The translations under genes and the position numbers were made by a program. From an uncultured Bacilli bacterium (GTDB lineage Bacteria > Bacillota_I > Bacilli_A > RF39 > UBA660): 64,000 nucleotides of DNA. Positions within the stretch are counted from its first letter, which is position 1; the number at the start of each line of letters is the position of its first letter. This document shows positions 30,267-37,434 of this stretch, piece by piece. The notes under the pieces were generated by a model, which saw only the letters and a list, made by a program, of their open reading frames with translations, made no database searches and had not been told where the DNA came from. The stretch covers positions 175-64,174 of the forward strand of contig CAKOKU010000006.1 in assembly GCA_934095865.1 (NCBI GenBank), given 5' to 3'.

Positions 30267-31040
30267 ATGAAAAACGCTCTTGCACCTTTAAAAAGGTTCA
30301 TTCAAAATAAAAATACTGTTACTATCCTTTGTATAGTAGCTGGTATCTTAACTTTAGTAATAGGGTATAACTACCGAGTTAATAAATCAATTGACTTGGT
30401 TTCTATTCCCTATGCTCTAAAGGAAATTCCAAGAAAAACCCAAATAACAAAAGATATGATAGGACACGTTAAAGTACCACGTTCCTTAATTAAAAATGCT
30501 AAAAATATCATAACGACAGACAAAGAATTAATAAATTATTATTCTAGTTATTCTACTGATATCCCAGCTAAAAGTTTATTTTATACTGACACAATCCTAA
30601 AAGAAGAACAAATGCCAGATTATGCTTTTACAAATATGCAAGATGGTTATACCGTATATTCTCTTAAAGTAAATAACAAATCAACGTATTCAAATCGTTT
30701 CCGTCCAGGTGATTATATTGACCTTTATATTGAAGCAAAAGATCAAAATCGTGTCATGATGGCAATCTTAGTTAAATCTATTAAAATTAAAGCCATTAAA
30801 GATTCAGCCGGAAATTCTATTCTAGAAAATACACTATCTGGTGGTACTCCAGCTGCACTTCTATTTGAAGTAGAAGATAAACTATTTGATTTACTTAAAA
30901 AAAGTGAATATGTTACTAATGTTGAAATAATTCCTGTACCAAGAAACTCTAACTATACTAAAGAAGAGGGTGCAACTACGGTCTCAACAGAAGAAATAAC
31001 TAACTATATTTATAATAAAACTGAAGTTATAACTAATTAG
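30267..31040 (+). CDS. cpaB: CpaB/RcpC-like pilus assembly protein, paralogue 2
   Basis: Same architecture and collinear with paralogue 1: VSIPYALKEIPRKTQITKDMI, DGYTVYSLKVNNKSTYSNRFRPGDYIDLYI, LLKKSEYV...PVPRNSNYT. Confidence 0.6.
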   Translation: MKNALAPLKRFIQNKNTVTILCIVAGILTLVIGYNYRVNKSIDLVSIPYALKEIPRKTQITKDMIGHVKVPRSLIKNAKNIITTDKELINYYSSYSTDIPAKSLFYTDTILKEEQMPDYAFTNMQDGYTVYSLKVNNKSTYSNRFRPGDYIDLYIEAKDQNRVMMAILVKSIKIKAIKDSAGNSILENTLSGGTPAALLFEVEDKLFDLLKKSEYVTNVEIIPVPRNSNYTKEEGATTVSTEEITNYIYNKTEVITN

Positions 31041-31051
31041 AAAGGATTAAT

Positions 31052-32455
31052 ATGAACGAGGCAATATTTGAGCAAATGGACTTTGGTCCGCTATCTGAAT
31101 TTCTAGCTGATGATGATATTACCGATATATCTTATTCTAATAATGGTCAAGTTTGGTTAAAAACCTTATCTAAAGGTGTTTATCAAGTAGAAAGACCTGA
31201 TATAAATAATACATTTATGGAAAAGTTAGCATTCCAATGTTCAAACGTCATGGGTAAAACATTTAATATGGCTCATCCCTTATTAGATGCTGAATCAGCC
31301 GAATTACGTATGAACTTCATTCATGAATCAATTGCTACTAATGGTATTGCCTGCTTAATCCGTAAAACCCCGGCTAAAATTCGTCTTAATAAACAAAAAT
31401 TATTAAATGAAGAATATATAACAGAAACCCTACACGATTTTTTAATGAATTGTGTAGCAGGTCACTGCAATATTATTGTTGCCGGTGAAACTGGTTCTGG
31501 TAAAACCGAGCTATTAAAATATTTAGCAAGTCATATCAAAGAAAATGAAAAAATTATTACTATTGAAGATACTTTAGAACTTCACTTAGATAGAATTTTC
31601 CCTCATCGTGATATTGTTGCTATGAAAACTAATAATATTTGTAGTTATACTGATGTTCTAGTAGCCTGTATGCGTCAAAACCCAATTTGGATTTTACTTT
31701 CCGAAGTTCGTTCTGGTGAGGCCGTTATGTCTGTACGTAATGCCATATCATCAGGCCACAATATCTTATCAACAATCCACGCTGATAAAGCAAGATCAAT
31801 CCCATTGCGTATGTATTCCTTAATGGAATCAAGTCAAGATGTTCAACAATTTCTAACAACAATTCATAGATATGTTCAAATAGGTATTTATGTTAAAGGT
31901 TATTTTAGTAAAAAATTTAATCGTTTTCAAAGAGAAATTATTGAAGTTTGTGAATTTTACGTTGATGAAAACAATCAACCATGTACTAATGAAATATATA
32001 AAAAATCATTAGATGGCCAATATGTATTAAAAAATCCAACTCAGCAGTTACTAGATTATTTAAGTATTCAAAATGTTATGTTAGAAAAAGATACCTTCCA
32101 TTTGGGAGATAAAGAAGAATATGATGGTAATGTTGAAGATGATTTAAAGAAAAGTCAGAGTAATGGCGAAGTAAGTAGTAATGTAAATACGGCACCGGTT
32201 GAAAGTGTTAATACACCTAGTCAAAGCAATCAACCATCAGAAACATTAAATATTCCAAATCAAAATCTTACTGCTTCTACTAACCAAAGTAATATTCCTA
32301 ATAATTTAAACAATCCTAACAATAATCAAAGTCCAAATAATACGCCAATCAATAATAATCCGTTACCAAATGGCGTACCAGTAAATAGTTTCTTTAGTAA
32401 TAATACTACACTAAATAACAATATAACTACTTCTAATAGTGAAGAAGTATTATAG
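31052..32455 (+). CDS. tadA: CpaF/TadA-type secretion ATPase with N/P/S-rich C-terminal tail
   Basis: Walker A GETGSGKTE (31484-31510), Asp box ITIEDTLEL, Walker B RQNPIWILLSEVR, His box LSTIHA. The size and the following TadB/TadC-like genes fit the Tad subfamily. Confidence 0.8.
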   Translation: MNEAIFEQMDFGPLSEFLADDDITDISYSNNGQVWLKTLSKGVYQVERPDINNTFMEKLAFQCSNVMGKTFNMAHPLLDAESAELRMNFIHESIATNGIACLIRKTPAKIRLNKQKLLNEEYITETLHDFLMNCVAGHCNIIVAGETGSGKTELLKYLASHIKENEKIITIEDTLELHLDRIFPHRDIVAMKTNNICSYTDVLVACMRQNPIWILLSEVRSGEAVMSVRNAISSGHNILSTIHADKARSIPLRMYSLMESSQDVQQFLTTIHRYVQIGIYVKGYFSKKFNRFQREIIEVCEFYVDENNQPCTNEIYKKSLDGQYVLKNPTQQLLDYLSIQNVMLEKDTFHLGDKEEYDGNVEDDLKKSQSNGEVSSNVNTAPVESVNTPSQSNQPSETLNIPNQNLTASTNQSNIPNNLNNPNNNQSPNNTPINNNPLPNGVPVNSFFSNNTTLNNNITTSNSEEVL

Positions 32456-32464
32456 GAGGATAAA

Positions 32465-33367
32465 ATGGAGTTAATAATTTTAATTGCACTTGCACTATTT
32501 GCCTTTTCCTACCGTAATAGTGCTAATGCCTCAATCGATGGAGCTTTCAAATTCATTCAAAATGGTGTAACCAACCTTTATGATAGATATGCTCCATATA
32601 GTTTTAAACAAGTAAGAGAAAAAACCAAAGAATTAGGTGAGGAATATACTGTAAGACAATATTTAAGTCAAGTTGCCTTGTTTGGCATCGTTGCTGGTGG
32701 CATCGCATATCTTTACTTTTATAATTTATTTATAACTATAATTTATGCAGCCATCGCCATTGCTTTTATTCCATATCTATCATATCTAAGAACTCAACGA
32801 ATTTATTCTGAATATATATTCGAGCAAATTCAAACTTATACTACTAACGTTATCATGGAATTTAATACGACTCAGAGTTTTGTTAAATCTCTAGAAGGTG
32901 TAGTTGAATCTGGTATCTTAGAAAAACCCGTTGTTGATGATGTTAAAACGATGATTAATATGGCTTATGCTAATGGTACTATTGACCAATCAATTGCTTA
33001 CTTTAATGAAAAATATCCATATTATATGGTCAAGAATATGCACCAATTATTTTATCAAATTACTAAGGAAGGTTCTAAAGACTCTGGTGAATCCCTAGAA
33101 AATATGTCATTAGACATCGATGCTTTAGTAGAAGGTGTTTATCGTGATAGAATGGATAGAGCTAACTTCCACAAAAAGTTCTTAACTTTCGGTATGGCCT
33201 TATTCTTATTAGCAGCCGTTATGCAATTCTTATTAGGTCGTGATTCATATATTAAACTACTAGAAATGTGGTATGTTAAACTAATCTTACATTTAATAAT
33301 CATAATAAACTGCTATTTCTTATTAACTGGTGAGAAATATTATAATGAAGATGTGGGGGTAGAGTAA
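32465..33367 (+). CDS. tadB: TadB-like platform protein (single T2SSF domain)
   Basis: N-terminal TM helices, a central cytoplasmic helical domain and C-terminal TM helices. It is about 300 aa and lies immediately after the ATPase gene. Confidence 0.6.
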   Translation: MELIILIALALFAFSYRNSANASIDGAFKFIQNGVTNLYDRYAPYSFKQVREKTKELGEEYTVRQYLSQVALFGIVAGGIAYLYFYNLFITIIYAAIAIAFIPYLSYLRTQRIYSEYIFEQIQTYTTNVIMEFNTTQSFVKSLEGVVESGILEKPVVDDVKTMINMAYANGTIDQSIAYFNEKYPYYMVKNMHQLFYQITKEGSKDSGESLENMSLDIDALVEGVYRDRMDRANFHKKFLTFGMALFLLAAVMQFLLGRDSYIKLLEMWYVKLILHLIIIINCYFLLTGEKYYNEDVGVE

Positions 33368-33368
33368 T

Positions 33369-34157
33369 ATGTATTTTGAAATTCTTGGCTTATCAGCCCT
33401 ATACTTATTTGTCTTAAATAAAACTAAAGTTATTGATGTCAAAAAATGTATAAATGATAACGTTGGCTATTTCCTACGTTTTAAAGAATCTGATTATGAT
33501 TTTCTAGTGCGTACTCGTTATGGTGAAGGCGTTGACCCCGATTATTTATTCGGTAAAAGAATTACTCAGGGACTAGTAGTAGGGCTATTAGTAATCTGCT
33601 TCTTCATTAATAAATTCAGTTATATTTATGTTATTTTGGCTATTGTTGCTGGTATTTTCATGTTTAAATCAAGTTATAACAGCTTGAAAAATTATTATAA
33701 AAACAATTTGCACACCATTGATGCCATGTTGCCACATTACTTAAAAGGCTTAGAAATCTTAATTCAACACTATACCGTACCAGTTGCCATTGCTAAAAGT
33801 GTCGACACGGCCCCAGAAATCTTTAAAAAAGGCTTATTAGAAATGATTGCCAAGATAAATTCTGGTGATAGTTCAATTGAACCTTATATGGACTTTGCTC
33901 GTACTTATCCAGTTCGTGATTCTATGCGTATGATGCGTTTACTATACCGTCTAGGTTTAGGGCGTCAAGATAGAAAACAAGAACAATTATTAAATTTCTC
34001 TCGTTCAATTTCAAGCTTACAACAAAAAGCGCGTGATACTAAATATAAAGAACGTCTAGATAAAATGGAAAATAAGACTATGAGTATGCTTATTTCTACT
34101 GGCTTAGGTGTTATGATATTACTAATTTTAGCAGTAATGCAAATGATGAATGGTTAG
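33369..34157 (+). CDS. tadC: TadC-like platform protein (single T2SSF domain)
   Basis: Starts 1 nt after the tadB-like stop. Topology is TM, helical domain (YMDFARTYPVRDSMRMMRLLYRLGLG), then a C-terminal TM. Confidence 0.6.
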   Translation: MYFEILGLSALYLFVLNKTKVIDVKKCINDNVGYFLRFKESDYDFLVRTRYGEGVDPDYLFGKRITQGLVVGLLVICFFINKFSYIYVILAIVAGIFMFKSSYNSLKNYYKNNLHTIDAMLPHYLKGLEILIQHYTVPVAIAKSVDTAPEIFKKGLLEMIAKINSGDSSIEPYMDFARTYPVRDSMRMMRLLYRLGLGRQDRKQEQLLNFSRSISSLQQKARDTKYKERLDKMENKTMSMLISTGLGVMILLILAVMQMMNG

Positions 34158-34264
34158 ACAATTAATTATTTTACAAATCCATTTCTTGAATAGGGGAATG
34201 GTTTTTTTATTTTTCAAATTTATCAATGATAATACAACAATATTACCAAAACTTAAAATTAATA

Positions 34265-34273
34265 TGCTATACT
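34265..34273 (+). promoter_or_regulatory. Extended -10 element (TGcTATACT) upstream of the pilin gene
   Basis: Lies in the only sizeable gap of the cluster (162 nt), after a weak hairpin and T-run at about 34181-34215. Confidence 0.4.
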
Positions 34274-34319
34274 AATAGTATCATAGATAATAATAAAAAC
34301 GAGATTTAAGAGGTTTAAT

Positions 34320-36059
34320 ATGAAAAGAAAAAAGGGATTTACAATACCAGAACTTCTAGCTGTAATTGTTATAATAGGAGTTCTAACTGTCATGTCAGTA
34401 GGTACCTACACATCGATTAGTAAAAGTGTAAAAGAAGCTGAATTAAAAGAAAAGATAGAATATTTAAAGTCAAAAGTAATGGAATATGCTAGTGACAATA
34501 ATATAGAAAGAGATACTATTACAGTTAGTACTTTAATTGATTTAGGTTACATCGAAATGGATCACCCTGAAAACGCCAAACAAGAAAAGATTGATAATCC
34601 TGTAACTGGTGGTTATTTAGATTGTACTAACTTTACTATTGTTAGAGATTTAGATGATTATAATATAACATATGACTTAGAAGGCAGCTGCTTAACTGCT
34701 GATGTAGAATCAAAATCAGGTGAAATAAAAACAAGTCTTTATGTTTTAACTAATAATGGCTTAAAATCTTTAGATGAATTTAAATTATCAGACAAAGATA
34801 TCATTATAGATAATAATAAGGAAAATAATGACAATAAAAATAATAACAGTGGCAGTAGTATAATTGGCGGCTTATTTGGTGGCCTACTAGAAGGGATTTT
34901 AGGCAATAATGCAAATTCAATTCTAGGTGGTATCTTTGGCGGTTTAAAAAATATTTTTAGTTGGTTATTTCCTAATGCTTTTGCAACTCCCGTAAATTCT
35001 ATATATGATATTCATCCTTGGGCGGGTAGTGATGTATACTTATTTGTTGATTTTAGTGATGTCAGTTTTAATATTAAAGATAATAGTGTAACTTATGACA
35101 TCGGTGGTTTAAGTACAAGTACGAAAGAAGGAAACATTTGTTCAAAATCTAATGTTAATGTAGATTGTGCCAATGTTATAAGAGTTGAATCCGTACTGTT
35201 GTTTAACAGCTTAGTTAGTGCTACCGTCAATACTGATTACGGTTATGTTACGAAAAAAGCTTTGGTTAGAATTGATAAAGAAAATCCTACCATAAAAATA
35301 GATTATGATCAAAGTTATACTAGTAATAGTGTTCCTGTTTATTTGACTGGTGAAGATGGAGCGGGAAGTGGAATCGCTGGTTATTACTTTGGTAAAAAAG
35401 CTAGTCCAACTATTGATGATTTTACTACAACAAGTACCTATCATGTTAACGAAAATGGTAAATATTATGCGGCGACAATTGATAACGTAGGGAATATGTC
35501 AGAAATAAAAACAATCAATATTAGTTCGATTGATAAAGATGCGCCAATTGGTTTTATAAATCCTAGTGGCCGTGATGATTGGTCAACCTCAGATTTTACT
35601 TTCAACTTTGGTTGCAGTAGTGATACAAAAGCCGGCTGTGCAAATAAGATTGTTTATTCAATTTACAATAATGATACTAGTTCTTATATTGTTCAAAATG
35701 TAACTGTTGATGAAGCCTCTACTTCTTACACTGTAACGACACCAAATAATACTAGTCTTTCATCTATTACCTTAACTTATACAATATATGATAATGTTGG
35801 AAACTCAAGTACCAAGGTAGAAACTATTCATACCAGAATTGATAAAGTAGACCATTCATCTAATAATAATTCTGGTGGCGGTAATCCAGGTCCAAATGAT
35901 GAAAATCATGCCTGTAAAGGCTGGGAAGGCTTGGCTTGTGTCTTAGCTGGAGCCGCTGCTGGTGGTTTAGGTGGTGCTCAATTAGGTGGCGGCATCGGTG
36001 CTGCGATTGGGGCTGCGGCCGGAGCTCTTGGCGGCTTACTATGTGTAATTTTCTGTTAA
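34320..36059 (+). CDS. Large modular type IV prepilin (class III signal peptide) with Ig-like modules and glycine-zipper segments
   Basis: N-terminus MKRKKG|FTIPELLAVIVIIGVLTVMSV has a short basic leader, Gly-1, Phe+1, Glu+5 and a hydrophobic helix. Boundaries IDKENPT, IDKDAPI and IDKVDHS suggest Ig-like modules. GxxxG-rich segments sit at about 34851-34975 and 35921-36056. Confidence 0.8.
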   Translation: MKRKKGFTIPELLAVIVIIGVLTVMSVGTYTSISKSVKEAELKEKIEYLKSKVMEYASDNNIERDTITVSTLIDLGYIEMDHPENAKQEKIDNPVTGGYLDCTNFTIVRDLDDYNITYDLEGSCLTADVESKSGEIKTSLYVLTNNGLKSLDEFKLSDKDIIIDNNKENNDNKNNNSGSSIIGGLFGGLLEGILGNNANSILGGIFGGLKNIFSWLFPNAFATPVNSIYDIHPWAGSDVYLFVDFSDVSFNIKDNSVTYDIGGLSTSTKEGNICSKSNVNVDCANVIRVESVLLFNSLVSATVNTDYGYVTKKALVRIDKENPTIKIDYDQSYTSNSVPVYLTGEDGAGSGIAGYYFGKKASPTIDDFTTTSTYHVNENGKYYAATIDNVGNMSEIKTINISSIDKDAPIGFINPSGRDDWSTSDFTFNFGCSSDTKAGCANKIVYSIYNNDTSSYIVQNVTVDEASTSYTVTTPNNTSLSSITLTYTIYDNVGNSSTKVETIHTRIDKVDHSSNNNSGGGNPGPNDENHACKGWEGLACVLAGAAAGGLGGAQLGGGIGAAIGAAAGALGGLLCVIFC

Positions 36060-36075
36060 AAAGGATGGATTAAAA

Positions 36076-37392
36076 ATGAATAATGAAGAAATAAAGAAAA
36101 AACTAAGTAAAAAGCAAATGTTATTTATCATAATTGCCGCTATAATTGTAATTGTCGGTATTATCTTTCTAATTATTAAGATTACGGATAAGACTGTGTA
36201 TTATAAAAATGTCATAAATACTTCTTTTAATAAAATAACTACTAGTATTAATGAATTAGATAAAATAACGGGAAATAACACTTCTTTTTCTGATTCTATT
36301 ATCGTAAATGGTGATATACAAGATAATACTAGTAAAGTAGGGATAGAATTAAAGACTAATCTTAAAGATAAAATTCTTCGAGGAAAAATTAATTACAATA
36401 CATATGATTTAAACTATATCTATCAAGACAATAAATCATATATAAGTTCTGATAGTATATTTAATAATACCTACCAGATTGATGGTAAACTAGGCAGTAT
36501 AGATTTAGATGGTATCTTAAGCAACATAACCATTGAAAGCAGCGCTGATACTGCTGAATTAATAAATACTATAAATAGTCTAAAAGCTATAATCACATCT
36601 TCTTTAGAAAACAAATATATCTCCAAGAAAACAACTAAGACAATAATAGATAAAACCGAAGAAAGTGTTACTAGATATTCTTATACTTTAAACAAAGAAT
36701 CATTAAAAAAGTTCTTAGATAAATTAAATAAAAATAATAATTTGAAGAAAAGAATTATTAACTTAGTCAACACCATTGCTAAAGATGAAGTATTAACAGA
36801 AAGTAATTTTAGAAGTGAGCTTGAAAATAAAATAATCAATGGTACTTTTAATATCTATACCCAGGGTAGCAAAGTTAGAAAAGTAAGTATTTATTTAGTT
36901 GATTTTCTTAATGTTGATTTTACCTCTAATAACGGTTATGATAGGGTAGAATTTACTAATGAAAAGAAATCTAACAATATAATTATTAATTACAATACTA
37001 ATACTAAAGAATATACCATATCTTTATTTCAAAAATCTAGCAAGCGTTTTGATATTATTTTTATGATGGATAATGATATAAATGCTAGTTACAGTGTATA
37101 TACAAATAATGATAAAATAACGGGAACTATTACCGTAACTGATGTTATGAATATTAAAAATCGTAAAATAAAAGCTACAATTAATTATAATAATAAAACT
37201 TTTACAATTAGCTGTACTATAAATAAGAATGATTCAGTATCTAAAATGGATGTTAGTAATGCTATAACCAATGGTACTCCTAGCGAAGAAGAACAGTTGA
37301 AATTTAAAAATGCAATTAGTGAATTTACTAATAGTTCATTATTTAAGGATTTATCTTCTTTAGTTTTAAATTTAATAGGCAATAATAATTAA
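36076..37392 (+). CDS. Single-pass membrane protein, N/I/K/T-rich ectodomain, function unknown
   Basis: RBS AAAGGA, TM helix MLFIIIAAIIVIVGIIFLII, no recognised motif. Confidence 0.5.
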   Translation: MNNEEIKKKLSKKQMLFIIIAAIIVIVGIIFLIIKITDKTVYYKNVINTSFNKITTSINELDKITGNNTSFSDSIIVNGDIQDNTSKVGIELKTNLKDKILRGKINYNTYDLNYIYQDNKSYISSDSIFNNTYQIDGKLGSIDLDGILSNITIESSADTAELINTINSLKAIITSSLENKYISKKTTKTIIDKTEESVTRYSYTLNKESLKKFLDKLNKNNNLKKRIINLVNTIAKDEVLTESNFRSELENKIINGTFNIYTQGSKVRKVSIYLVDFLNVDFTSNNGYDRVEFTNEKKSNNIIINYNTNTKEYTISLFQKSSKRFDIIFMMDNDINASYSVYTNNDKITGTITVTDVMNIKNRKIKATINYNNKTFTISCTINKNDSVSKMDVSNAITNGTPSEEEQLKFKNAISEFTNSSLFKDLSSLVLNLIGNNN

Positions 37393-37429
37393 AAGAACTC
37401 TTTTCCTCATAGTAGGAGAAGAGTTCTTT
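37392..37429. terminator. Bidirectional terminator between convergent genes
   Basis: AAAGAACTCTTTTCCT-CATAGT-AGGAGAAGAGTTCTTT, a 16-bp stem with one mismatch and A/T flanks. Confidence 0.75.
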
Positions 37430-37434
37430 AAATA

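Noticed and set aside
21634-34157. Interpreting the cluster as a SpoIIIA-SpoIIQ-like sporulation channel (secretion-type ATPase plus LytM-domain protein)
   Set aside because: SpoIIQ's LytM domain is degenerate and small, whereas here the M23 zinc ligands are intact in a 2319-aa secreted protein. I found no SpoIIIAG/AH-like ring-building proteins. The prepilin and CpaB-like genes point to a filament system.
31052-36059. Interpreting the cluster as a ComG-type competence pseudopilus
   Set aside because: ComG operons have a PilB-like ComGA, one double-domain ComGB and several small pseudopilins of about 100-150 aa. Here there are two half-size T2SSF proteins, CpaB-like genes and a single 579-aa pilin.
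20042-37392. Interpreting the cluster as a conjugative type IV secretion system or ICE
   Set aside because: There is no relaxase, VirB4/TcpF-like ATPase, VirD4/FtsK-like coupling protein, integrase or oriT-like feature. The ATPase is followed by TadB/TadC-like platform genes, and a prepilin is present.
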